Of a DNA stretch of 64,000 nt, positions 37,906-49,998 are shown one piece after another; position 1 is the stretch's first letter, and each line of letters begins with the position of its first letter. Source of the DNA: Octopus sinensis (taxonomy: Eukaryota); the NCBI RefSeq assembly GCF_006345805.1, contig NC_043010.1, forward strand, positions 56,110,001 to 56,174,000, given 5' to 3'. The translations under genes and the position numbers were made by a program. The notes below the pieces were generated by a model that saw only the letters and a program-made list of their open reading frames with translations, had not been told where the DNA came from and did no database searches.

Positions 37906-37976
37906 AAGCGGTGCCTACCACACGTTGATAATAGGCAATACACCTTGAAACCTAGGTCCGTGTGTGGTATCCGCTT
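37906..37976 (+). ncRNA. Type I hammerhead-like motif, U3:A8 variant, copy 2 (predicted cleavage after C37958)
   Basis: AAGCGG-TGCC-TACCACACG-TTGATAA-T-AGG-caataca-CCT-T-GAAA-CCTAGG-TC-CGTGTG-TGGTA-T-CCGCTT: long interrupted stem I, short stem II closed by U-U, palindromic stem III ACCUAGGU, GUC triplet. Confidence 0.7.
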
Positions 37977-38133
37977 CTTGGGGAATGATCTCCCATTTGC
38001 AAGATAGAGGACGCCGTGATGGCGTCGGCCTATCTGGTGACGTTGATGTTCGCCTGGGGCTAAATGCAACAGTGACACCCCCACCACCCTGCCCTGTCCC
38101 TAGCCATATTCAGTTGGCTAATATCCCTTATAC

Positions 38134-38164
<31 letters not shown>

Positions 38165-38367
38165 GCAATAATAATTCTCTAAATGAGATATAGACAGTGA
38201 CTGCTCCATAATATAAGGGATATTAGCCAACTGAATATGGCTAGGGACAGGGCAGGGTGGTGGGGGTGTCACTGTTGCATTTAGCCCCAGGCGAACATCA
38301 ACGTCACCAGATAGGCCGACGCCATCACGGCGTCCTCTATCTTGCAAATGGGAGATCATTCCCCAAG

Positions 38368-38438
38368 AAGCGGATACCACACACGGACCTAGGTTTCAAG
38401 GTGTATTGCCTATTATCAACGTGTGGTAGGCACCGCTT
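38368..38438 (-). ncRNA. Type I hammerhead-like motif, U3:A8 variant, copy 3 (predicted C17 = 38386)
   Basis: Same motif as copy 1, offset by 928. Confidence 0.7.
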
Positions 38439-38834
38439 CTCGACGAACGACCAACCGTGCAAGATATATATAAAGATTTTCAAGTAAATACATTTACTGA
38501 TTTCGAAAATCTGTTCGACAGCAATAATAATTCTCTAAATGAGATATAGACAGTGACTGCTCCATAATATAAGGGATATTAGCCAACTGAATATGGCTAG
38601 GGACAGGGCAGGGTGGTGGGGGTGTCACTGTTGCATTTAGCCCCAGGCGAACATCAACGTCACCAGATAGGTCGACCCATATTCAGTTGGCTAATATCCC
38701 TTATATTATGGAGCAGTCACTGTCTATATCTCATTTAGAGAATTATTATTGCTGTCGAACAGATTTTCGAAATCAGTAAATGTATTTACTTGAAAATCTT
38801 TATATATATCTTGCACGGTTGGTCGTTCGTCGAG

Positions 38835-38905
38835 AAGCGGTGCCTACCACACGTTGATAATAGGCAATACACCTTGAAACCTAGGTCCGTGTGTGGTATC
38901 CGCTT
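38835..38905 (+). ncRNA. Type I hammerhead-like motif, U3:A8 variant, copy 4 (predicted cleavage after C38887)
   Basis: Same motif as copy 2, offset by 929. Confidence 0.7.
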
Positions 38906-39059
38906 CTTGGGGAATGATCTCCCATTTGCAAGATAGAGGACGCCGTGATGGCGTCGGCCTATCTGGTGACGTTGATGTTCGCCTGGGGCTAAATGCAACA
39001 GTGACACCCCCACCACCCTGCCCTGTCCCTAGCCATATTCAGTTGGCTAATATCCCTTA

Positions 39060-39113
<54 letters not shown>

Positions 39114-39114
39114 C

Positions 39115-40110
39115 TGAGGTATGTTGTAGGTATTAACCATTGGAGGAAAGAAGAGTTACAAAAACCTGACTGAAAATCGAAAAAATTACCCATAATGCAT
39201 GGAGCATTCCACCTCAACAGAAATATAGAGAGGCTATGCCTAGCTAAGAATAAAGGTGGGCGAGAGCTAATCAGCTGTGAAAGCTGTTTATGATCAGAAG
39301 AAAATAGATTAAAGTGGTATATCAAGAGTTTGCTGGTTCAGGTGAGACAGATAGTTATATTGGGTCAGAGGAAAAGAAAAGAAGAAAGAGCAAGGAAGAT
39401 GAAAGAATGGAATGGAAATAAAATGTATGGACAGTTTGTGAAAGGGGTGAGCGGAAATACAGGTGCTGATGGGAAAAAAGGGCATTCATTGCTGCTGCGC
39501 AGAAACAATACTTAGGACGAAATATAGGAAAGGCGGGAGTGAGAGGACTGCAGAGAGTGAGAAATGCCGGTTGTAGAGGGATATGTGTGAGATTGTATGA
39601 CATATTGTGAAGTTGGTCGAAAAAGAAAGCAGAAGGAGATACGACAGTGTTGCCAGAATGATTTATTGGAAGGTGTGTGGCAAGTGTGGATTGGATAGAG
39701 CGAAGATGTGGAATGGGCAAAGCGCAGAAGGAGTAACTGAGAGTAGCAGTTGTGGGATGTAATGATCCAATGTGAACAAGAGATTGAACCTCGAAAGCCA
39801 GATATGGTGGTTGTGAAGAAAGAGGGAGAAAAACTTGTTTAATTATTGCATGGTGGTGGGATGAGAGAGTATCGGGAAGAGGAGAAGCAGGTCAGGTGTT
39901 GTGATGAGTGGAAGTGGGAGATAAAAAAGAGTTGGAGTCTTTGGTGTTTATAAGTATTTATAACTTAGAAACTGGATTGAAAAGATGGGATTGAATGCGA
40001 AGCTAAAGCATTGGCAGGAAAGTGCAAGGAACTCTGCGCCGCAGGGTTCCCGAGGTTCCAATGATTGCAGACAGCTGACACCTTGTCTCCAACAAAACCA
40101 GCAATTTTAG
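39115..40110 (+). mobile_element. Decayed R4/Dong-like RLE LINE 3' portion
   Basis: Frames give HGAFHLNRNIERLCLAKNKGGRELISCE, KMYGQF, AAQ..LRTKYRK, CRL...HIV, YDSVARMIYWKVC and WDVMIQCEQEIEPRKPDMVVV (CCHC plus RLE). Confidence 0.8.
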
Positions 40111-40129
40111 GGGAGGCTAGAATTTGAAC

Positions 40130-40826
40130 TGAGAATGGAAAGAGTCAGAAGAGATACATTAGGAATTTTGTCCGACGCGCTAACAATTCTAACAGTTTAA
40201 ACGTTATAATAATAATAATAATAATCCTTTCTACTATAGGCACAAGGCCTGAAATTTTGGTGGGAAAGGGACTAGTTGATCATATCGAGCCCAGTATTTC
40301 ATTGGTACTTAATTTATCGCTCCCGAAATAATAAAAGGCAAAGTCAACCTCGGCGGAATTTGAACTCAGAACGTAAAGACAGCCAAAATGCTGCTAAGCA
40401 TTCCATCCGGTGCGCTAACGATTCTGCCAGCTCGCCGCCTTAATAATAATAATTATTATTATTATTTCTATTCTAGGCACAAGGCCTTGAAAATGTTGGT
40501 GGGAAGGGGGTTAGTCGATTACATCAATCCCAGTGCGTAACTGGTACATATTTCATCGACCCCGAAAGGATGAAAGGCAAAGTCGACCACGGCAGTATTT
40601 AACTCAGAACGTAGTGGCAGACGAAATACCCTTTTCTAATCTAGGCACAAGGCCCGAAACTTTTGGGGAAGGAGCCAGTCAATTAGATCGATCCCAGTAC
40701 GCAACTGGTACTTAATTCATCGACCCCGAAAGGATGAAAGGCAAAGTCGACCTCAGCGGAATTTGAACTCAGAACGTAGCAGCAGACCAAATACTGCGAA
40801 GCATTTCGCCGGGCGTGCTAATGATT

Positions 40827-40830
<4 letters not shown>
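40130..40830 (-). mobile_element. Array of SINE A copies on the minus strand, interleaved with (AAT)n
   Basis: Repeated GGCAAAGTCGACCTC(G/A)GCGGAATTTGAACTCAGAACGTA and CTAGGCACAAGGCC segments. Confidence 0.9.
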
Positions 40831-40919
<89 letters not shown>

Positions 40920-42533
40920 AAATCTTTTGAAATGACTTTTTCTTTTCAGATGTCATAAAACAGCTGCTTCTTTAAAACAAGGTTTAACTTCTTAAAATAA
41001 ATCTGATAAGCTTTTCCCAAAAATGTAAAAACTGAAAAATTACAGAAAGGAACTGGTGTCAAAAAACTTCCCCCCTTCCCACCCGCCAAAAAAACCCATG
41101 CAAGTTGCTGACTCGTAATCTTCGAAGCTGAATCACAAATCCAAGGAATTTACGGCTTTGAATGCATTCGCTAGTTTCTGATTTTATTCTTCAGAAATAT
41201 CTACGATAGATAGAATTTGGAGGTTGTCTCGGTTTGATCGACCTACACTTCGTCTTTACCCAGTAATACAGAACAACCACAGGCCTTCTCATAGAGAAGC
41301 CATTCCTAGTTTTTTATAGCTGCATTCTTTAATAAAGTATTTTTAGATAAGTAACAATATGTTCAATAATACAGAATTAAAAGAGAAAGGGAGAGGGTGA
41401 GAGGGATAAAGGGCGAGAGAGAGAGAGAGAGGAGTCGTATATGGCGCCCTTTCTCAGATATTATCACTTCATATAAACAATATTTAGTTGAAGCTTCTGT
41501 TTGTCGTTGACAGTAAATAAAGAAGGGTCCACTGTGAAACGATATGTCTTTTGACAATGATTAAAATATCTCGACACGGTAAACACCCGAAATAATTTGG
41601 GGGTAAAACCAATTAATATTGGCAGTGGAAAAAAGAAACTCCCACCCGGAAATAGAATGACATCTCTTGAAGATGCCAGAAGTGGCTGGCATACGTTAGA
41701 TTAATACCCCCTAGGGGTTGCACATCGGTTTCCGTTCCTCTCTCGTAGGGAAACCTGAGTAGTGGTTCTTAACAACGAGCTAAAGGGGCATTAGACGCTC
41801 ACATATATCTATGTAACTGCGTACGCGTGTGTGTGTGTGTGTGTGCGTAAGTCCATTTAGAAAAGCCAGCAGGAGTCAAGGGAGCGAGACGATGTCTCGG
41901 TGATGTAGACAAAGAAAACGGTGTGTTTAACCAGAACAAACATCTACTCACACACACGAGTGTGTGTGTTTATGCGTTTATGTGTATATGTGTATAGAGG
42001 TGTGTATGTATGTATGTGCTTGTACACACTAAAATCCCAACTTACAAACGAAGTCCCACATGTCAATACATTGATGTGTGTGTGTTTACATGTGTGAGTA
42101 GGAATGCTTCACTACCTTCGTGTGTGGCTGTGTGTGTGCGTGTGTAGATATGTGAGTGATTAGAGATGAACGTGTGTTTATGTGTGAGGTCCTAAAGAAA
42201 ACTAAACAGTAAGCTGCTCCGATATTTCTGAGATAACAAGAAGTTGGGTGGGGAGGTAAATTACCCCTACCCTAACCAGCCACCACTCCAATATAGACTC
42301 GACCCGAACCTACTCCTCCAGAATTTGAACCTGTCTAAATATTGGCCGAACCTTTTCCGGTGTTGCTAGTCTTTCCTGTCAATAATCGACCGGAAATGAA
42401 TGCGAAGCAAATGTTGTTTCGACCAATGAGATTCCTTGAAACACATGACGTCACAGTGAAAGGACAAGAGAACGACTGAAAGAACAAAAGTCCTGTTAGA
42501 AGCAAATGGCATTCTTCTCACTTTCTTTCTTTC

Positions 42534-42568
<35 letters not shown>

Positions 42569-42967
42569 TATGTGTGTATCGAACTAAATGCTGGCTCCCT
42601 CTCTATTGGCCCCTTGTGGGCAATAAAGAAATTGAACTGATTGCAGGCAGAATCGTTAACATGCCGGACAAGATACTTAGCAGCATGTCTTCCGGCGCTT
42701 TCCGTTCTGAGTTCAAATTCCAATGAGATCCATTTTACTAGTCATCTTTTCGGAGTTGATAAAACAAACAATTAGCTGAGCAGCGAGGTTGGTGCAATCG
42801 ACCGCATTCCTCCCGACGCAATTTTCAGGCTTTGTGCCTTTATCATCATCATCATCATCATCATCATTATCATCATCATCATCATTATTATTATTTAAAA
42901 GGCGGCCAGCTGGTAGAATTGTTAGCAGGCCGGGCAAAATGCTTAGTGATATTGCTGATCAACTTGG

Positions 42968-43901
42968 ACGTGGCCGAAAAAGAAGCGTGCGGACCCCTCT
43001 GCTTATCAAAAGTATCAGAGAAAAGATAGGGTGAAATCCTCATCGTTCCACCAGAAAAGTGGCTGCCACAGCAAAAGTAAGCCGAACATCGATGTATCGA
43101 GTGCTGAAGGAGGATCTCAGGACCCACCCCTACAAGTTGATCTGTAATCATAAGCTCACGCAAGTTTATGATGTCATGAGACTACAGAGAAATCGTCTAA
43201 TCCTGCGTCAGATTGCTGAAGGCACACTGGCCAACCTGGTGTTCATTGATGAAAAGAAATTTGACATCGAACCGACAGTAAATCACCAGAATGACTGACA
43301 CTGGAGTGTATCTGGCTCCGTCAAAATCCACAGTCAGTTATGGTTTGGGTGGTTATGACAACCACTGAAAGGGTTTCGCTCGGGTGTTAAAATTAACGCC
43401 CAGCAATACATTATGGAAGCTGAGCTGCTTCCATGGGCGAATGATCACTTTCAGGGTACACCTTGGAACCTTCAACAGGACTTGGAATACTCTCACAATT
43501 CCAAATAGACACAACACTGGAATCAGAAAAACATTCCGTCGTTCGTAGGCAAGGATGTATGACCCTTATGAAGCCCTAATCTCAACCTGTTGGAATTTTG
43601 TTTGGTCCATTTTGGAGATGAGAGTCTTGAGCACTCCTCATTCTTCACTCGACGCTCTGAAGGCAAAACTGCGCCAGGAATGGGCTTCAATTCCGCAAGA
43701 ACAGCTGCGTGTCGCGTGTGAAGCATTCGCGCCTAGGCTTAAAGTTGTGATTCGAAACAGAGGTGGTGGTCATATCGAACAAATGCTGTTCTGTCATAAT
43801 TGTGCTTCCTTTACCATTGCATTGCAACGCTCGGATCCGAAATATAACAATATTTTGCTTTCACAAAATTGAAAAAGTTGGCTGCCTTAATTTTGGAACA
43901 C
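42968..43901 (+). mobile_element. Decayed maT/Bmmar1-like (37-residue spacing) transposase remnant with right end; 5' end lost under a SINE
   Basis: GRGRKRSVRTP, VSRTSMYRVLKEDL, VFIDEKKFDIE, QQD followed 37 residues later by E (SPNLNLLE), and SLDALKAKLRQEW. Right end CCTTAATTTTGGAACACC resembles a TIR; many stops. Confidence 0.85.
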
Positions 43902-45223
43902 CAGAGAGAAAGAGAGAGGTAGGAGGATTGATAAAGGGTTTGGTAAGGGGTTTAAATGTTAAGAGGGCTGTTAGAAAATGTGCCATTTGTAGAAAACAAA
44001 TTCTATGAAGTTTTATTTTGAAAGGATGTTGCAGAAAGCATCCACCTTGAATATCCCCCTGATTTAGCTTAATAATGTCCAGGCATGAAACAGCAGCTAA
44101 ATCTTCTTTAAACCACACCCTCATTAGATAATGTCAATCGGAGTAAGTTACAATTAAAAGGAAACAGATGGAATGGTCACGGCAGGAATATCTTAAATCA
44201 AAGCTGACTAACTTATTTATTAATGATGAGCCAGAAGAGGAAGGAGAGCATCCACAACCCTTTCAGACCTGCCATGGTTGGTGGGAGCGGGAGAGGGGAT
44301 TGGAAGGTATCCCTTGACCAAAGACCTGGCCTGAAGTATTGCAACAGAGTGACCCCACCACTACCACCATTAAATAGGGTTACGGACCAAGCAACGATGT
44401 TAAAATGGGTGACGGAGGAAGTCTAGGACACAGCGATATCAGCCGTCGCCACCACCGTAAATGTCGTCCACTCAACTTCCGGTCACCAGCGATTCAAGAA
44501 GACGGTTTCACAATGTGACACTCACTGGGGTAGCAAAGAGCGGGTGGGGGTATACGGTGCTGACCACCCGGCCATGTCCACTGCTCCCGTTAGATCGACA
44601 TAAATGTTGGTGTGAGAGAAAAAGAGTATGTGTGTGTGTTTATGGGGGCAGAGGTGTATGTTTGTATAAGAGTGTGTTTACATGCAGAATTAAGTGTGTG
44701 TATGCTTATATTGACGGATGGATGTGTGTATACGTATGTACGCTTATGCATGTGTATATGTGTGTATATGTATCTATGTATGAATGTGTGAGATTGTTTG
44801 TAGTCTTATGTTTAATGTCAATAAGAACTATCCATCGTCACGTGCTCAACATGCGTCGTTGTTATAAATGGCAGCGCCACAATTGGACACCTTAACTCAA
44901 CAAAGGGCAGACAACTGCTGCGGACTAGAAACATGAATCGAGTTTGATAGAAAACAATCAAGTGTTGAGTTAAAATAAGGAGAGAAAGAGAGGAAGAGAG
45001 AGAGAGAATGACAGATAAGAAGAGGGACAAACAGACGGAGAAATAGATATATGAGAAAGTGAAGAAGTGATGATAATGAGTCACAGATGTCCATTTGAGA
45101 CGTCGATTTGGTCAACATTCCTTGTGAACATTGTGAAGAATGGTGTCTTCAGTTGCAGACTGTGATGTAATACATCAGGTGAACAGAATCGCAGCATTCA
45201 CACATTTCTCTTTCTCTCTCTCT

Positions 45224-45257
<34 letters not shown>

Positions 45258-45492
45258 TACATTCGCTCACTCCCTTACTCTTTCACTCGCTCTTTTTCCC
45301 TCTCTCTCTTATCAGTTGAATACAGAGTTCGTATTTCACACGAAACTAATATCTTCACACATATAGAAGTGTATTTAAGTCAATACAACACTCACACACA
45401 GACACACACACACACACATACAAACAAACACACACATACCTCAGAGACAGATATATACATGTACATACATACACAAACACACACATACATAC

Positions 45493-45540
<48 letters not shown>

Positions 45541-45664
45541 GTATGTAGGGTGTTTCATAGTCGGAGTACATTTCACTTGTAATTTACAATGATGCTTGTT
45601 CGAGTCGTAGTTACGTAGTTACATATGTTTCAAATGTGTTCCATCATTGTATATACAAAGATAT

Positions 45665-45706
<42 letters not shown>

Positions 45707-45722
45707 TATATTATATATATAT

Positions 45723-45758
<36 letters not shown>

Positions 45759-45958
45759 GTACAAGTAAGATAGGGGTTATGAGGTAACCCACTATGGGAT
45801 ATCAGTTTGGCATGTATGAGCAATTTAAGGTGGATTGCCTATTAACCATAGGCTGAAACAGCTGTAAGGAGCAGTTTATTTGCATTATTTTTATTGTTTT
45901 ATTAATTTGCATATTAATGTATATTGTTTTGTTCGATTTTCATGTTCCTATCTATATA

Positions 45959-47249
45959 CGAGGGACGTTCAATAAGTAATGCCCCTGACCCACTTGCAGT
46001 TGTTTGATCTAGCTGAAATTTTGCGTGTGAAATTATTTATATCTCTATAGAGTAGGTGGCAAATTACAGCTCTGAACTAATTGTGGTTTCTGATTTACAG
46101 GTGTTTGAACTGAGTCAAGTGTGAAATGGAGCCTGTTGAGTGTCGAGCATTGATCTGGTTTTTGTATTTGAAAGGACGCACACCACGGGAGACTTTTGAT
46201 GAAATGAAAGTAACTCATGGTAATGATGCCCCATCATATGACCTTGTAAAATGCTGGCATCGTGAATTCAAACATGGTCGGAACTCGGTGGAAACAGCTC
46301 CCAGATCTGGTCGCCCCCCTTCTGCAATTGATGAGGCATCTGTCCGTCAAGTTGAGGCTGCCATTTTGGAAGATCGACGCATAACTATTCGCCAAATAGC
46401 CCTCGAGGTCAAGATTAGTACCAGGTCTGTGGAAACTATCATTCATGACCATTTGCATATGCAAAAGGTGTCTGCCAGATGGATTCCCAGGCTGCTCACA
46501 CCTTTCCAGAAGCAAGAACGCGTCGAGTGCTCGAGGATGAATTTGGAGATGTGCCAAGAAGATGAGTCAAAATTTTTCAAAAGACTGATTACACAGGATG
46601 AAACCTGGGTCCATCACTATGATCCAGAGACCAAAGCCCAGTCAATGCAGTGGAAGCACCGTGACTCATCTCCTTCAAAGAGGCAAGGGTGCAGCCCTCC
46701 GCTGGCAAGGTCATGCTCACAGTCTTCTGGGACCAGGACGGAGTATTGATAACAGATTTCCTGGCAAAGGGTACCACAATTACAGGAGCCTATTATGCTT
46801 TACTTTTGAGGAAATTAAGAGAAACTATAAAAATCAAGAGGCGGGGCAAGATCAGCAAAGGCATCCTCCTCCTGCAGGACAACGCTCCGGTCCACAACTC
46901 GCTTGTCGCCAGATCAGAAGCACAGGCGTGCGGCTATGAACTCCTCCCCCATCCCCCTACTCTCCTGACCTTGCACCCTCTGATTTTCACCTCTTCCCAG
47001 CCATGAAGTTGTTTTTGAAAGGAAAGCGTTTCCCAGATGATGCAGCCTTGATTTCTGAAGTCACGTCGTGGTTGGAGGACCAAGCTGGGTCTTCTAAAAA
47101 AAACGGTCTCCAGAGCTGCATCAAACGTTGGTAGAAATGCGTAACTCTGGATGGTTCCTATGTAGAGAAAGACTAATAACTGTACAAAGTTTCGTTGCTC
47201 TACTGCTATGGGAAGTGGGTCAGGGGCATTACTTATTGAACGCCCCTCG
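45959..47249 (+). mobile_element. Full-length mariner (DD34D, irritans/Himar1-like), 1291 bp
   Basis: 37-bp TIRs with 1 mismatch (CGAGGGACGTTCAATAAGTAATGCCCCTGACCCACTT); TA at 45957-58 and 47250-51. Confidence 0.97.
46126..47176 (+). pseudogene. Mariner transposase with two 1-bp deletions (about 46680 and 46957) and a late nonsense codon
   Basis: RSGRP, WIPRLL, TQDETWVHHY, LQDNAP and YSPDLAPSDF motifs across three frames; D-D spacing is 34 after correcting the frameshift. Confidence 0.95.
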
Positions 47250-47325
47250 TAATTAATAAATAATATGAAATTGTAATATCTGTAAGTTGATGATCGAAAT
47301 GAATTTGTTCTTCCATTTTCTTATT

Positions 47326-47424
<99 letters not shown>

Positions 47425-48297
47425 TTGCATGTGTGTGTGTGTGTGTGCATGCGTGGAAAAGCAACTAAAAGAGTACAGAGTCCAGTGAACTCGTTGTGGG
47501 GAGTAGAACAGTCGGTAATTCGGAGGGTGGTCCCTTCAGAGTAATGATAGCAGCAGGGAAATAAAAGAAATGAGTAGGGTTTTACAGACACCATTTTTGA
47601 GAAACTGAAGAAAAACAGTCCGAAACATCGGACACTCCATTCTCCACGGAAATTTCGCTGTAATTTTTTGTAGTTTTGTCTAATTAATACATGTTTTGCT
47701 GACACAGATCACCAGATGTCTTCTATTATATCATACATCCCATATTTACCGGCGCACATTTGTCATCCCTATTTTCGATGTATATTTTGTGGAAGAAAAA
47801 CAAAACAAATTTAATGTTTGACGATGCTCTTGTATGATTCTGTTCCTGTGACAGAATCCTGGAATAACGCATGAAGCCACACATCTGAAATAAACCACGT
47901 GATAGGAACACCATATATGGAATCAATTGTGCAGATGTTTACATTTTGTTAAATAGAATTGCTATACGAGGTGTAAAGGTGAGAAGGGAATCTGCTTCCA
48001 AGGCTAACGAACATCGACCTAAAGGGGTTGTGCAGAGATACAGTTGTAGGAACAACACAATTCGTTTTGTGTCGGCAAATAATCCCACCACTAACAGCAT
48101 TCAAAACAAATGTCTATATGTGTATGTGTGCGCGTATGTGTGAGTGTGTGTGACTATTCACTCCTCTCACTTGCACCTCTTCCCCTCGAACGACTTCTTG
48201 TTCGTCATCTCTATAGCAATAGACATATCGACGCTCTGTGAATGAATGTAACTAATTGTGCATGTGTATGTACACACGCATACTCACATACATATAT

Positions 48298-48336
<39 letters not shown>

Positions 48337-48389
48337 TGCCAACAGATTCAATCACTTATGGCTGTGGTTTTTGACCAGGAGAAAAAGTC

Positions 48390-48780
48390 GTTGTTGTTGT
48401 TGTCGTGGTCGTCAGGGCGTGACCAGCTTTTCTTGTGTATTTCTTTCCTAAACAACATCATCCTCCATCAACGGGTCAGCAGTGATAGCCAGTCTCTGCC
48501 CACTGTCTCTTGGTTTCCAGTTCAACTTCTGCTTGTTCCAAAACCAGCAACATGCTCCTTTCACCCGACCCTCCACCTGCGTCTAGCTGTTTTCCTCTCA
48601 CTTTCTGCTGCTGCTAGAACCAACATCCTCCGGGAAACCCCTGCAATCAATTTTAACCGAAAATACCCAAACCTTCTAACCCTTTTTTTCGCTGGCTTGT
48701 TTGGTAACTTTGTAATTGGTGGCTTTCTTCTCGAAATCCTGCTCACATCCGTTTTCCCACGGAACTCTTAGCTACCTCAG
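48390..48780 (-). mobile_element. 3' end of a HERO-like RLE LINE, decayed
   Basis: Minus frames give EQDFEKKATNYK...KG*KVWVFSVKIDCRGF and ACCWFWNKQK, resembling the ERK..KY...GW...VEVGCRGF...ASCW.W.KR C-terminus; short (AAC)n tail. Confidence 0.5.
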
Positions 48781-48832
48781 ATCATTTATGCCAGCCCTCA
48801 GAAATGTTTATACCATCTGGATTGGGTGAGGT

Positions 48833-49890
48833 TGCCTTCCCATGTGCGCGCTTATTTCTTGTAATTGTACAACTAGCAGAAGACTGTTTTGTGCCTTTTA
48901 GAGGATGTATATAGACCCTCACAACGCAGGTTTTGACGTGCAAGCAACCTTCCTTAGATTAGTAGACGAGCATTTTACACAGCCCCATACGTATGTATAG
49001 GTTATTCAAAAGATATAAGGATATCGTTCAGAAAGACTCCAAACCCGCGTAGAGGCAGGTTGCTGATATAGGGTTAACGCTGAATGCCCTGTGAATGATT
49101 GATGCAACGTTGAGGCCGTGCTCTGCGAAGCACGGATAGTGTCCAACATACGCAGCCGCAGTGAAAGGAACAGGCACAGTAATATGCTGCAGCAACAGAG
49201 AGCCCATTTAAGGCCAGGCTAAATAACCAGATCCTCTTTTCGGATAGCGAGCAGGTGCAACGTTACAACTTTAATGTTCCGCCATACAAATCGCTATGTA
49301 TAGCGATTAAAAGCAGGGGAAACACCATATAAAATTAACAGGGAGCTGCTGGAACAACCTGGGATATACCTCAACGGAAGCAGACGGTGCAAACTTTGCT
49401 TAGCTGAGAGGAGACCGATCCTAAAAAAAATTCGCACGATCCGGACGCCTTCTTGAATTCAGAAAGTGAAATTTTTAGCTGCCTTCTCCCGTTTGTGAAG
49501 CAGAGAATGGAAAAAACGTACGCAGACACAGCTGACGCACTTCAACCACAACTAGGACTGTACTAAGAGGAGACAACTCTTCTTTCTATCTCAGAAGAAG
49601 ATCTTTAATCGTTTCGGTTCTTTTCATCGCCAAACTGACCAAGACAGTAAGTTTAGCTCCATCAGTAAGGAGGCTCTGTGACTCCGGCCAGCAAGTCTGA
49701 TGAGTCATCGATATTGCCCTGTGTAATAGCAGACGCAAAACCAACGATACTTTCCTGACCGATTATATGGATTCATGAAGTATATACTACTCGAATATAT
49801 AAAAGTATAACCGCTCAAAAATTCTTTTAGAATTATCTCTTTTCTGACTTCTGGACAAATGACAGAAATAAGCGCGCACATGGGAAGGCA
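48833..49890 (+). mobile_element. Penelope-like retroelement remnant (linker plus GIY-YIG endonuclease plus 3' pLTR), bounded by a perfect 27-bp inverted repeat
   Basis: Frames give FLRLVDEHF, CPVND*C, YAAATESPFKARLNN (YIG-type motif), YLNGSRRCKLCLAER and LLNSESEIFSC. IR at 48833-48859/49864-49890. Confidence 0.8.
49693..49752 (+). ncRNA. Degenerate hammerhead remnant in the Penelope-like 3' region
   Basis: AAGT-CTGATGA-GTC...GAC-GCAAA...ACTT; stems I and II are intact, but the GAAA and UH positions are mutated. Confidence 0.4.
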
Positions 49891-49998
49891 TATATATATA
49901 ACGGGAAGCTTTATGAAAATAGACAAAAGACGAAGGCAGGTGGAAAACAAACAAACAATTGTATTAGTATGGCGCTCAGGAAATATAAATAAAACAAG

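Larger units (their letters stand above)
37237..39061. mobile_element. Non-coding hammerhead-containing 356-bp-unit element arranged as two tandem fold-back blocks (retrozyme/Penelope-pLTR-like)
   Basis: Unit repeats at 37237/37593 (period 356). Block 1 (37237-38132) has inverted arms 37284-37668 and 37748-38132 (385 bp). Block 2 (38165-39061) is a near-identical copy. (TA)n lies before, between and after the blocks. Confidence 0.8.

Noticed and set aside
37329-39117. Repeated 72-76 aa ORFs (MVGVSLLHL..., MVSASWG...) within the 356-bp unit
   Set aside because: Most start at non-ATG codons, they overlap on both strands, and they have no recognisable motif. They recur only because the unit is duplicated.
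47605-47645. CTGAAGA...GAAAC as a possible hammerhead
   Set aside because: No stem II pairing, no UH site, and no stem I.
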